From Brevundimonas sp. (lineage in GTDB: Bacteria; Pseudomonadota; Alphaproteobacteria; Caulobacterales; Caulobacteraceae), in assembly GCF_035627055.1 (NCBI RefSeq), contig NZ_DASPMM010000009.1, positions 22,334 to 86,333 on the forward strand: a stretch of DNA of 64,000 bases, read 5' to 3'. This document shows, piece after piece, positions 10,210-19,024 of this stretch; the stretch's first letter is position 1, and each line of letters begins with the position of its first letter. The translations under genes were made by a program, and so were the position numbers. Under the pieces are notes generated by a model. That model was not told the DNA's origin. It saw only the letters and a program-made list of their open reading frames with translations, and ran no database searches.

Positions 10210-10470
10210 ATGCGTAAGCTGATCATCGCCTCCGTCGCCGCCTTCGCCTTCGCCGGCCTGGCCGCCTGCAACAGCCCGGCCGACAACGCCGCCGAGGAGA
10301 AGGCCGACGCCCTGGAAGCCCAGGCCGACGCCGCTCCGACGGAAGCCGCCGAAACCGCGCTCAACGAAAAGGCCGACCAGGTCGAGCAACAAGGCGGCAA
10401 CGCCGACGGCGGCATGACCACCGAGAACACCCCGAACACCTCGCCGTCGACGGCGAACCCGGGTCAGTAG
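10210..10470 (+). CDS. Small acidic secreted lipoprotein, unknown function
   Basis: MRKLIIASVAAFAFAGLAAC signal with lipobox; GGAAGG RBS; Ala/Glu/Asn-rich body. Confidence 0.8.
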   Translation: MRKLIIASVAAFAFAGLAACNSPADNAAEEKADALEAQADAAPTEAAETALNEKADQVEQQGGNADGGMTTENTPNTSPSTANPGQ

Positions 10471-10519
10471 GACGGACGACCGCGGGCGCTCATGACGCCC
10501 GCGTGAACCCTTCGAATGG

Positions 10520-11251
10520 TCAGCCCCCGTCGCTCACGCGGCGGGGGTTTTCCGTCTTCGCCCAGTGCGCCAGCGTCCAGGTCAGGAACAGCGGCCCGAT
10601 CAGCGACCACCGGCCGGGCCCGGTCTCGGCGGCGATCAGGAACAGCCCCCACCAGACGGCGATGTCGCCCGCGTAGTCGGGCCGCCCCCGCCACCGCCGC
10701 CACACCCTCGCCAGGACGCCGCCGGCCGCCGGCGGCTGCTTGCGAAACGCGGTCCGGCGCAGATCGCCGAGGCCGGAGACCGCCAGGCCCGCCACGGCCA
10801 GCACCGCGCCGCTCCATCCGATCCAGCCGACGCCCGGCTCGTACGTCACCTGCCCCAGCTGCGCCGGAAGGGCGGTCAGCCACGCCAGCGCGGCCTGCGG
10901 CAGGAAGCACAGCAGCAACGGCGCGGCGGCCGAAGCCCGGAACCCGGCGCCGCCCTCGAACGCCTGAGCATAGCGCGCGTCTGCTTCGATCCGGATACGC
11001 GGCGACAAGCCCCGCCACGCCTCGCGCACCGCCCACACGGCCGTCAGCCAGACCAGCAACGCCTTGCGCACAGGGTCGCCGTCGACGATCAGGAAGGTCG
11101 TCGCCGCCGCCAGCAGCATGACCAGCGGCCACATCGCATCGACGAGGCCGAACCGCCCGGTCCTTCGCACCACGGCCCACGCCGCGGTCATCACCGCCAG
11201 CGACAGGACCAGGTTCAGGCCCAGCAGGGCGGCGATCTCGGCCAGGTTCAT
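10520..11251 (-). CDS. DUF1295 / steroid-reductase-like membrane protein (divergent)
   Basis: Multi-TM; GLVDAMW, DARYA, D..R..F, PDYAGD..VWWG resemble DUF1295 motifs. Confidence 0.75.
   Translation of the reverse strand: MNLAEIAALLGLNLVLSLAVMTAAWAVVRRTGRFGLVDAMWPLVMLLAAATTFLIVDGDPVRKALLVWLTAVWAVREAWRGLSPRIRIEADARYAQAFEGGAGFRASAAAPLLLCFLPQAALAWLTALPAQLGQVTYEPGVGWIGWSGAVLAVAGLAVSGLGDLRRTAFRKQPPAAGGVLARVWRRWRGRPDYAGDIAVWWGLFLIAAETGPGRWSLIGPLFLTWTLAHWAKTENPRRVSDGG
10524..10551 (+). terminator. Rho-independent terminator
   Basis: CCCCCGTCGC-TCAC-GCGGCGGGGG followed by TTTT, downstream of the lipoprotein gene. Confidence 0.65.
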
Positions 11252-11290
11252 CTCACGGCAACGCCGCTGTTCGACGCCGGATGCATCCGC

Positions 11291-11683
11291 TCAGTCGACG
11301 CAGATGGTGGCTTCGGCCTTGCCGTCCTCGACCGTGGTGTAGCAGCCGAACCGGCTGCTGGTGGCCTGGCACTGGCCGACCGCCGCGGCGCCGGCCTGGG
11401 GCGCATTGGCCACATCCTCGACCCGGCAGTCGCCCTGGCACTCGTCGCCGTCGGTGCAGCGATTGCCGGCGTCCGTATAGGAGACGACGCAGCGCATCGT
11501 CTGCATCCGTCCCTGCGGCAGCATCTTGCCGCCCCGCGCCGAGCAGGCCGCCGCATCGTCCGCGCCCGTCTGGGCCACGGGCGCGGCCGGCGCCGCCTCG
11601 GCCAGGTCGGTCTTGCCGCCGTCCGCCGGCATCGGCTGGCACGCCGCCGCGAACAGCGCCGCCGCCATCATCAATCGCTTCAT
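11291..11683 (-). CDS. Cysteine-rich lipoprotein, unknown function
   Basis: [15 protein letters not shown] lipobox; further Cys in [30 protein letters not shown]; ATGA overlap with hmgA stop. Confidence 0.8.
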   Translation of the reverse strand: MKRLMMAAALFAAACQPMPADGGKTDLAEAAPAAPVAQTGADDAAACSARGGKMLPQGRMQTMRCVVSYTDAGNRCTDGDECQGDCRVEDVANAPQAGAAAVGQCQATSSRFGCYTTVEDGKAEATICVD

Positions 11684-12978
11684 GTCACGCGGCCTTTCTC
11701 GAAACCCGTCCAGACGTCGTCGTAGTCCAGCTGCATGGTCGGACTGGTTTGCGCCCATTCCGTGGTGCGGATCGGCATCCGCGTCTCGAACATGAAGGCG
11801 AGGGTGTTCTCGATCTTGACCGGCTTCAGCTCCGCCGCCACCGCCTTGTCGTAGGAGGCCTGATCCGGGCCATGCCCGCTCATGCAATTGTGCAGGCTCG
11901 CCCCGCCCGGGGCGAAGCCGCCCTCCTTGGCGTCGTATTCGCCGGTCACCAGTCCCATGAACTCGCTCATCACGTTGCGATGGAACCACGGCGGCCTGAA
12001 GGTGTCCTCGGCGACCATCCAGCGCGGCGGGAAGATCACGAAGTCGGCGTTGGCCGTTCCCGGCGTATCGCTCGGCGACGTCAGCACCGTGAAGATCGAC
12101 GGATCCGGATGGTCGTAGCTGACCGTCCCGATCGTGTTGAACCTCGCCGTGTCGTATTTGTACGGCGCGTTGTTGCCGTGCCAGGCGACCACGTCCAGCG
12201 GGCTGTGATCGAAGGTCGTGCTGTACAGCCGCCCGCCGAATTTCTGCACGCACTCGGTCTGCCGGTCCACGTCCTCGAACGCCGCCACGGGCGTCTGAAA
12301 ATCGCGCGGATTGGCCAGCCCGTTCGAGCCGATCGGCCCCAGGTCCGGCAGGCGGAACGCCGCGCCGTAGTTCTCGCAGACATAGCCCCGGATCGGCCCG
12401 CCGCACTCGACCCGGAAGCGCACGCCGCGCGGAATGACCACGATCTCGCCGGGCCGCGCGTCGATTCGGCCCATCTCGGTGACGAAGACCTGCTCCCCCA
12501 TCTGCGGCACGATGAGCAGCTCGCCGTCGGCGCAGTAGAACACCCGGTCGATCATGGCCCGGTTCGCCACGTACAGGTGGATGCCCGTCCCCGCCCCCGC
12601 CTCGGGGTCGCCGTTGCCGCCATAGGTCACCAGCCCCTCGACCCAGTCGGTCGGTTCGGCCGGCATCGGCAGCGGATCCCAGCGCATCCGGTTCGGGCTC
12701 GGCGGCGCCTCGTGGAACGGCCCCGACCGCACCAGTCCCTGCCGAAAGGGCTTGTAGGCGGGATGCTGCGCCGACGGCCTCAGCCGGTAGAGCCACGAGC
12801 GCCGGTTCTCGCTGCGCGGCGCGGTGAACGCTGTCCCCGACAACTGCTCCGCATACAGCCCCATCGGCGTCCGCTGCGGCGAATTCCGCCCCTCGGGCAG
12901 GGCGCCCGCAACGGCCTCCGTCGCGAAATGATTGCCGAACCCCGGCATATAGGCAGGCGCGTTGGCTCGCGTCGTCAT
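11680..12978 (-). CDS. hmgA: Homogentisate 1,2-dioxygenase
   Basis: [79 protein letters not shown]. Confidence 0.98.
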   Translation of the reverse strand: MTTRANAPAYMPGFGNHFATEAVAGALPEGRNSPQRTPMGLYAEQLSGTAFTAPRSENRRSWLYRLRPSAQHPAYKPFRQGLVRSGPFHEAPPSPNRMRWDPLPMPAEPTDWVEGLVTYGGNGDPEAGAGTGIHLYVANRAMIDRVFYCADGELLIVPQMGEQVFVTEMGRIDARPGEIVVIPRGVRFRVECGGPIRGYVCENYGAAFRLPDLGPIGSNGLANPRDFQTPVAAFEDVDRQTECVQKFGGRLYSTTFDHSPLDVVAWHGNNAPYKYDTARFNTIGTVSYDHPDPSIFTVLTSPSDTPGTANADFVIFPPRWMVAEDTFRPPWFHRNVMSEFMGLVTGEYDAKEGGFAPGGASLHNCMSGHGPDQASYDKAVAAELKPVKIENTLAFMFETRMPIRTTEWAQTSPTMQLDYDDVWTGFEKGRVT

Positions 12979-13053
12979 AGGCGTTGTCTCCCTGTCCGAC
13001 GTTTAGCGTTCGCCGTTCGACCTCGCCACCCCGGGGAAACACCGTAGCCGGCG

Positions 13054-14172
13054 TCAGAACCCCTGGCTTCGCGCCATCCGCTCCTGATGGAACCCCGCGT
13101 CGCCGAGCAGTTCGTTCAGCACCCGCACCCGCTTCATGAACAGGCCGACCTCGAACTCGTCGGTCATGCCGACGCCGCCGTGCATCTGCACCGCCTCCTG
13201 CACCGCCAGCTCGGCGACGCGGCCGGCCTTCGCCTTGGCCACCGACACGGCCAGCGGCGCGCCTTCCCTGCACGCGTCCAGAGCCTGCAGCGCCCCCATC
13301 ACCGCCGCCCGGGCGATCTCGATCTCCGAGAACAGATGCGCCGCCCGGTGCTGCAGCGCCTGGAACTCGCCGATGAATTTGCCGAACTGCTTCCGCGTCC
13401 GCAGATAGTCCAGCGTCGTCTGAAAGGCCTGATCCCCCGCCCCGGTCAGAGACGCCGCCGCGCAGGCCCGGCCGAGGTTCAGCGCGCCCTCAAGCAACGC
13501 CTCGCCGGCCTCGACCGAACCGATCAGCGCATCCGCATCGACCTCGGCCTCGGTCAGGGTCACCCGCGCCGCATTGTGCGCGTCGACCATCACCGTCCGT
13601 TCGACCGTCACCCCGTCCGTCGACGGATCGACCAGGAAGAGGCCCAGCCCGTCGTCCGTCCGCGCCGCAACGATCAGCGCATCCGCGACATGGCCGTCCA
13701 GCACAAACGCCTTGGCGCCGTTCAGCCGGAAGCCGTTGCCCGACCGCTCGGCCAGGGTCGTCATCCGCGCCGGCGCATGCTTCGGCCCCTCGTCCACGGC
13801 CAGCGAGACGATCGCCTCCCCCGCCGCGATCCGCGGCAGCCACGCCGCCTGCTGCTCCCCCGACCCGCCCTTCAGCACCGTCGCCGCCAGCACGCCCGAG
13901 CCCAGGAAGGGCGACGGCGTCAGCGTCCGCCCCAGCGCCTCGGCCACCACCCCGGCCTCGACCGCGCCGAGCCCCGAGCCGCCATGCGCCTCCGGGATCA
14001 GAACCCCCGCAAACCCCATCTCCCCGAACGCCCGCCACAGCGCCCGCGACACCCCGTCCGGATCGCGGCTGTCCCTCAACTTTCGTAGATGCGAAATCGG
14101 CGCGCGCTCGCCCAGGAAGCCCTCGGCGGCCTCCTTCAGCATCGTCTGCTCTTCGGTCAGGATCAGCGGCAT
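13054..14172 (-). CDS. Acyl-CoA dehydrogenase family protein
   Basis: LTEEQTMLK, RKQFGKFIGEFQALQHRAA, QMHGGVGMTDE. Confidence 0.93.
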   Translation of the reverse strand: MPLILTEEQTMLKEAAEGFLGERAPISHLRKLRDSRDPDGVSRALWRAFGEMGFAGVLIPEAHGGSGLGAVEAGVVAEALGRTLTPSPFLGSGVLAATVLKGGSGEQQAAWLPRIAAGEAIVSLAVDEGPKHAPARMTTLAERSGNGFRLNGAKAFVLDGHVADALIVAARTDDGLGLFLVDPSTDGVTVERTVMVDAHNAARVTLTEAEVDADALIGSVEAGEALLEGALNLGRACAAASLTGAGDQAFQTTLDYLRTRKQFGKFIGEFQALQHRAAHLFSEIEIARAAVMGALQALDACREGAPLAVSVAKAKAGRVAELAVQEAVQMHGGVGMTDEFEVGLFMKRVRVLNELLGDAGFHQERMARSQGF

Positions 14173-14177
14173 GGCGG

Positions 14178-15362
14178 TCAGGCGCCCGGAAGTTGCAGCA
14201 GGTGTTTGGCGATGATGTTCAGCTGAATCTCGCTGGTTCCGCCCTCGATGGAGTTGGCCTTGGTTCGCAGCCAGTCGCGCGCCATCGCCCCCTCGCGCGA
14301 GCGCTCGCCCTCCCACTCCAGCGCGTCCGAACCGCCCGCGGCCATCAGCAGTTCGTGCCGCCGCTTGTTCAGCTCCGAGCCGTAGTATTTCAGCATCGAG
14401 GCGATGGCCGGATGCGCCTGCCCCGCCTTGGCCAGGTCGCCGGTCCGCTCCATCGCCAACCGGAACGCCGCCGCGTCGACCTCCAGCTCGGCGATCCGCG
14501 CCCGCAGCATCGGCTCGTCCAGCCGGCCGTCATCGTCCAGCCCGATCGACCCCGTCGCCACCTGCCCCAGCGGCCGTCCGCCGGCGATCTCGCCCATGGC
14601 CCCGATCATGGTCCGCTCATGCGCCAGCAGGTGCTTGGCCACGTCCCAGCCGCGGTTCAGCGTCCCGACCAGGTTCGCCTTCTCGACCCGCACGTCGTCG
14701 AAGAAGGTCTCGCAGAACGGGCTCTTGCCGCTGATCAGGGTGATCGGCCGCGTGCTCACCCCCGGCGTGGCCATGTCGAACAGGACGAAGGAAATGCCCA
14801 GATGCTTGGGCGCCTCCGGGTCGGTCCTCACCAGGCAGAAGATCCAGTCGGCCTTGTCGGCGTACGAGGTCCACACCTTCTGGCCGTTGACGATCCAGTG
14901 GTCGCTCCGGTCCTCCGCGCGCGTCTGGATCGCCGCCAGGTCCGACCCCGCGCCCGGCTCGGAATAGCCCTGGCACCAGCGGATCTCCCCACGCACGATC
15001 TCCGGCAGGAAGCGCCGCTTCTGCTCTTCCGTCCCGAACTGCAGCAGCGCCGGCCCCAGCATCCACACCCCGAAACTGGCCAGCGGCGACTGCGCATCGA
15101 TGCGGCGCATCTCCGAGGCCAGCACCTTGGCCTCCTCGCGACTCAGCCCGCCGCCCCCGTAGGCCTTCGGCCACTCCGGCGCGGTCCAGCCGCGCGCGCC
15201 CATCCGCTCCAGCCAGAGCTTGTGCGCCGGCGTCGGGAAGGTCGCCTTGCGTCCGCCCCACACCCGGTCCTCGTCGCTGGCCACCGGCCCGCGGCACTCG
15301 GCCGGGCAGTTCGCCTCCAGCCACGCCCGCGTCTGCGCGCGGAAGGTCTCCAGGTCGGTCAT
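14178..15362 (-). CDS. Acyl-CoA dehydrogenase family protein (paired; PimC/PimD-like heteromer possible)
   Basis: WCQGYSEPGAGSDLA, NGQKVWTSYA, FCETFFDDVRV, IEGGTSEIQ. Confidence 0.94.
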   Translation of the reverse strand: MTDLETFRAQTRAWLEANCPAECRGPVASDEDRVWGGRKATFPTPAHKLWLERMGARGWTAPEWPKAYGGGGLSREEAKVLASEMRRIDAQSPLASFGVWMLGPALLQFGTEEQKRRFLPEIVRGEIRWCQGYSEPGAGSDLAAIQTRAEDRSDHWIVNGQKVWTSYADKADWIFCLVRTDPEAPKHLGISFVLFDMATPGVSTRPITLISGKSPFCETFFDDVRVEKANLVGTLNRGWDVAKHLLAHERTMIGAMGEIAGGRPLGQVATGSIGLDDDGRLDEPMLRARIAELEVDAAAFRLAMERTGDLAKAGQAHPAIASMLKYYGSELNKRRHELLMAAGGSDALEWEGERSREGAMARDWLRTKANSIEGGTSEIQLNIIAKHLLQLPGA

Positions 15363-15418
15363 TCGCGCCTCCGTCGACGCGACGTTAGCAGCGATTGAGC
15401 GATGACGTAGCGTCAGCG

Positions 15419-15562
15419 TTCTCCCTCCCCCAGCGGGGGAGGGTGGCTGAGCCGCAGGCGAAGCCGGGTGGGGGCGGCTCGGCAGGACAGCAGTACTCCC
15501 CTCGCCAAGCCCTCCCCACCCGTCGGCTTCGCCGACACCCTCCCCGGGACGGGGAGGGAGAA
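15419..15562. repeat. Intergenic palindromic element, family A (REP/CIR/RIME-like)
   Basis: Terminal inverted repeat TTCTCCCTCCCC...GGGGAGGGAGAA with internal hairpins; between convergent-free flanking genes. Confidence 0.8.
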
Positions 15563-15567
15563 CCGGT

Positions 15568-15822
15568 TCACTTCGTCGGCAGGAACGGCGAGAACGTAAT
15601 CACCGTGAACGTGTCCCGGATGTTCGCCCGGGTCTGCACCGACTTCGTCACGAAGGTGCCGATGTCCATGTCCTTCGGCAGCTGGAACTTGGCCAGCAGG
15701 TCGTACTGGCCCGAGGTCGAATAGACCTCCGAGACGTATTCGACATTGTCCACGATATCCGCCGCCACGTCGTTGGCGTGGCCCAGCTCGCATTTGATGA
15801 AGACGAAGATGGCGGTCATCAT
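15568..15822 (-). CDS. Stand-alone Lrp/AsnC ligand-binding (RAM) domain protein
   Basis: 84 aa; VSEVYSTSGQYDLLAK, IRDTFTVITF; no HTH. Confidence 0.85.
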   Translation of the reverse strand: MMTAIFVFIKCELGHANDVAADIVDNVEYVSEVYSTSGQYDLLAKFQLPKDMDIGTFVTKSVQTRANIRDTFTVITFSPFLPTK

Positions 15823-15834
15823 GGCGGGCGTTCC

Positions 15835-15962
15835 AGGGGCGAGGGGCGAGGGGCGAGGGGTCCTGACTCCTATACGCCAGCGAGAGGGTAAGGCGAGTGA
15901 CGCTGAACGAAAATGCCGGGCAGGGTCAAACCCTCGACCCTCGCCCCTCGCCCCTCGACCCT
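15835..15962. repeat. Inverted pair of heptamer tandem arrays (AGGGGCG)n ... (CCCTCGC/A)n
   Basis: 15835-15860 and 15931-15962 are near reverse complements and flank the divergent promoter region. Confidence 0.8.
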
Positions 15963-16748
15963 GAGGCCGAATACAACAACCGCGCCCGGGTGCCGGATCA
16001 TCAGGCGGTGATGCTGCGCTGGCGCGACTCCGCCGCCGCCGCGCGCGCCGCCCATCCGCCGCTGGAGATCGCCTACGGCCCTGGCGAACGGGAGGTCATG
16101 GACCTGTTCTCCGCCGCAGACGACGCCCCCGTCGCCGTCTTCCTCCACGGCGGCTACTGGCAGGCGCTGGACCGCAGCTGGTTCTCCGGTCTCGCCCCCG
16201 CGCTTCTGGCCCACGGCGTCAGCCTCGCCATCCCCTCCTACGACCTCGCCCCCGCCGTCCGTCTCGGCCACATCCTGCGTCAGGTCCGCGCCGCCGCCGA
16301 CGCCGTCCGCGGCCTTGCCGGCGTCCGCCCGGTCGTCTTCGGCCACTCCGCCGGCGGCCACATGGCCGCCTGCCTGCTCAGCGAGGCCCGCGCCTCCGCC
16401 GCCGTCTCCATCAGCGGCGTCTTCGACCTCGCCCCCCTGATCCCGACCTCGATCAACGTCGCCCTGCGCCTCGACGCGGCCGAGGCGTCGGCCCTGTCGC
16501 CCGTTCACTGGCCGGTTCCCAACGGCTCCACCCCCGGCGGCACGGTGCTCGACTGCCTCGTCGGCGCCGACGAAAGCTCCGAGTTCCTGCGCCAGTCGCG
16601 CATGATGGCGGACCTGTGGGGCGGGCAGGGCGTCGAGACCCGCTACGAAGCCCTCCCCGGCCTCAACCATTTCAGCGTGCTCGACCCGCTGTTCGACCCG
16701 GGCAGCGCCCTGGTGAAGCGGATCGTCGGGCTGGCGAAGGCCGGCTGA
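15897..16748 (+). CDS. Alpha/beta hydrolase, arylformamidase (kynurenine formamidase)-like
   Basis: EYNNRARVP, FLHGGYWQ, GHSAGGH, SGVFDL, NHF. Confidence 0.88.
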   Translation: MTLNENAGQGQTLDPRPSPLDPEAEYNNRARVPDHQAVMLRWRDSAAAARAAHPPLEIAYGPGEREVMDLFSAADDAPVAVFLHGGYWQALDRSWFSGLAPALLAHGVSLAIPSYDLAPAVRLGHILRQVRAAADAVRGLAGVRPVVFGHSAGGHMAACLLSEARASAAVSISGVFDLAPLIPTSINVALRLDAAEASALSPVHWPVPNGSTPGGTVLDCLVGADESSEFLRQSRMMADLWGGQGVETRYEALPGLNHFSVLDPLFDPGSALVKRIVGLAKAG

Positions 16749-16804
16749 ACGCGAACGGCCCGCCCTTTGCGGAGCGGCCCGCCGCCTCGGGTGGTCTGCG
16801 GACC

Positions 16805-17101
16805 CTAGCGCTGGGTCTCGGTGTTGCGCACCTCCAGCCCGTCGTCGCCGGCCCGGACGGAGGTTTCCTCGGTCGTGGTGGTCGCGTTGTCGACGGTCTC
16901 GCGCGTCTCGTCCGCCACCGTCCCGGCCGCGTCCCGGGTGGCGTCGGCGGCGTCGCCGGCGGTGTCGCGCACCGCGGAGCCGGCGGTCTCGGCCGTCTCC
17001 CCGGCCGTGTCGGCGGCGTTGTCGGCTTCCTGCTGGGTGCAGGCGGCCAGCGGCGCGGCGGCGAGCGCGGCCGCGAGGGCCAGTCGGGTCAGGGTGTTCA
17101 T
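16805..17101 (-). CDS. Small lipoprotein with Ala/Thr/Asp-rich repeats
   Basis: LAAAPLAAC lipobox; GAGGAG RBS; repeated DTAG/ETAG/DAAG units. Confidence 0.8.
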   Translation of the reverse strand: MNTLTRLALAAALAAAPLAACTQQEADNAADTAGETAETAGSAVRDTAGDAADATRDAAGTVADETRETVDNATTTTEETSVRAGDDGLEVRNTETQR

Positions 17102-17135
17102 TTCAGGTCTCCTCTTCAGGTTGCGGGGCGGCGAT

Positions 17136-17693
17136 CTATTGCCGGGGCGGGATGGCCTCTCCGGCCACTTGGCCGACGGTCCCGACGGCGTTGTCGACCA
17201 CCCCGCCGGGCTGAAGCGTCGTATTGGCGACCCCGCCGACCGTATCGACGGTGTTGTCGACCGTGGTCAGCAGTCGCTCCAGGATCTCGGGATTGCGATC
17301 GATGGTGGTCAGCGTCCGGTCGATGATCTGCCGCACATTGTCCAGCCGGACCTTGAGCAGCACCTGGGCCTCGACCCCCTTGATGGTGACCTTGACGTTG
17401 TCGATGGTGACGTCGGCCCCGGCTTTCAGGAACAGCAGGTTGGCCAGCCGCGCCTCCAGCGCCAGATGGGCCTCCAGATTCTCCACCTCGATGGTGATCT
17501 CCTCGACCGACAGGTTCGGCACGTCCAGCAGCACGTCCGGCTCGGCCGACGGATCGGCCGGCGCGGTAGGCCAGGGCTGGCTCGAAACCGGCTCCACCGG
17601 CGGAACCTGCGAGGGGGGCGGGGTCTGGGCCGCCGCCGCGCCGGCGCCGAACAGGACTGCGGCGGCGACGCCGCCCGTCAGCAAGAGCTTCAT
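17136..17693 (-). CDS. Secreted hypothetical protein with conserved-looking PDVLLDVP domain
   Basis: Signal peptide MKLLLTGGVAAAVLFGAGAAAA; GAGG RBS; ATGA overlap with upstream gene; beta-rich core PDVLLDVPNLSVEEITIEV...KGVEAQVLLKVRLDNV. Confidence 0.82.
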   Translation of the reverse strand: MKLLLTGGVAAAVLFGAGAAAAQTPPPSQVPPVEPVSSQPWPTAPADPSAEPDVLLDVPNLSVEEITIEVENLEAHLALEARLANLLFLKAGADVTIDNVKVTIKGVEAQVLLKVRLDNVRQIIDRTLTTIDRNPEILERLLTTVDNTVDTVGGVANTTLQPGGVVDNAVGTVGQVAGEAIPPRQ

Positions 17694-18049
17694 TCCTCGT
17701 CTCCTTCGGGGGTTGCAGTCGCCGGCGCGGGGCCGGCCTCGATCTCGATGTGTGGGGCCGGGTCGGCGATGGTCGCGGCCGCCCTCAGCCGCCAGTCGAT
17801 GTCGCGGAACGTGCGCTGACCGGGGATCGGCCGCGGCAGGCCGGTGCTCAGGTTCTCCTCGATCACCGCCCCCGACGGTTCGCTCCACGCCCGCACGGAG
17901 ACCGAGCCGACCTGCCGCCAGCGGACCTGGTCCGCATGGGCCGTGATCGACAGCTCGATGTCCGGCGCCGGCGCGATCTCGGAGGCGGGCGGGGGCGCGC
18001 TCTGCGGCGGCGCACCGAGCAGCAAAAGTGACAGGAAGGTGGCGGGCAT
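17690..18049 (-). CDS. Secreted hypothetical protein
   Basis: Short hydrophobic N-terminus, Pro-rich linker, beta-rich domain; stop overlaps next start. Confidence 0.72.
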   Translation of the reverse strand: MPATFLSLLLLGAPPQSAPPPASEIAPAPDIELSITAHADQVRWRQVGSVSVRAWSEPSGAVIEENLSTGLPRPIPGQRTFRDIDWRLRAAATIADPAPHIEIEAGPAPATATPEGDEE

Positions 18050-18058
18050 CGGGTCGAA

Positions 18059-18083
18059 AACCCTCTGCCCTTCGTCCGGTTCC
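18059..18083 (-). promoter_or_regulatory. sigma-EcfG/sigmaT-like promoter for the 18049-16805 operon
   Basis: Minus strand GGAAC-N16-GGTT ending 9 bp before the ATG at 18049. Confidence 0.6.
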
Positions 18084-18170
18084 GTGCACGGTTCACAGGG
18101 TTTGAAGCCGGCTCCCTTGACGCGCCCGATCCGTCGGCCGAGTCAGGTTGAGGAACTCCGGAGCCCCGCC

Positions 18171-18842
18171 ATGCGCCACGACCGCCTCGCCGTCCTCACC
18201 GCCCTCGAAGCCCAGGGCGTGGCCCCCGTCTTCTATCACCCGGACCCCGAGGTCAGCCTGAACGTCATCCGCGCCTGCGCCCGCGGCGGCGCCAGGGCCA
18301 TCGAATTCACCAACCGCGGCGACTTCGCGGTGGACCTGTTCGGCGATCTCTCCCGCGAGCTCCAGCGCACCGACCCGGACGTCATCCTCGGCATCGGCTC
18401 GGTGGTCGACGCCGGCACGGCGGCCCTCTACCTCAACCGCGGCGCCCGCTTCGTGGTCAGCCCCTGCCTCGTCCCCGAGGTCGCCCGCGTCTGCAACCGG
18501 CGCATGACCGCCTACTTCCCGGGCTGCGGCTCGGTCACCGAGATCGGCCAGGCCCACGAGCTGGGCTGCGACATCGTCAAGCTGTTCCCCGGCGCCAGCG
18601 TCGGCGGGGCCGACTTCGTCAAGGCCGTGCTCGGCCCCATGCCGTGGACGAAGATCATGCCCACCGGCGGCGTCGACCCCGACGAGGCCTCCATCGCCAA
18701 ATGGTTCGGCTCCGGCATCGTCGCCGCCGGCATGGGCTCGAAACTGGTCACCGATGCGGCGGTGAAGGCCGGCGACTGGGCCGCCATCGAGGCGAACGTG
18801 CGCAAGACGGTGGACGCGATCGCAGCGTTCCGGGGCAGGTGA
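18171..18842 (+). CDS. eda: KDPG/KHG aldolase
   Basis: IEFTNRG, GIGSV, FVVSP, PGCGSVTE, VKLFPG, MPTGGV. Confidence 0.92.
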   Translation: MRHDRLAVLTALEAQGVAPVFYHPDPEVSLNVIRACARGGARAIEFTNRGDFAVDLFGDLSRELQRTDPDVILGIGSVVDAGTAALYLNRGARFVVSPCLVPEVARVCNRRMTAYFPGCGSVTEIGQAHELGCDIVKLFPGASVGGADFVKAVLGPMPWTKIMPTGGVDPDEASIAKWFGSGIVAAGMGSKLVTDAAVKAGDWAAIEANVRKTVDAIAAFRGR

Positions 18843-18845
18843 CTG

Positions 18846-19015
18846 TCTCCTCCCCGTCGCGCAGCGATGGGGAGGGGGACCATCTGGAGCCCGCAGGGCG
18901 GAAGATGGTGGAGGGGTGAAACCTCCACGCAGATCCTGGGGGCGACCGCGCAGGGTCCCCACCCCTCCCACCGCTTCGCGGTCACCCTCCCCACGCCGGA
19001 GGCGCGGGGAGGAGA
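18846..19015. repeat. Palindromic element, family A
   Basis: TCTCCTCCCC...GGGGAGGAGA ends; GGGGACC..GGTGGAGGGG left arm and CCCCTCCCACCGCTTCGCGGTC right arm; between convergent genes. Confidence 0.8.
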
Positions 19016-19024
19016 GAGCCAGGC

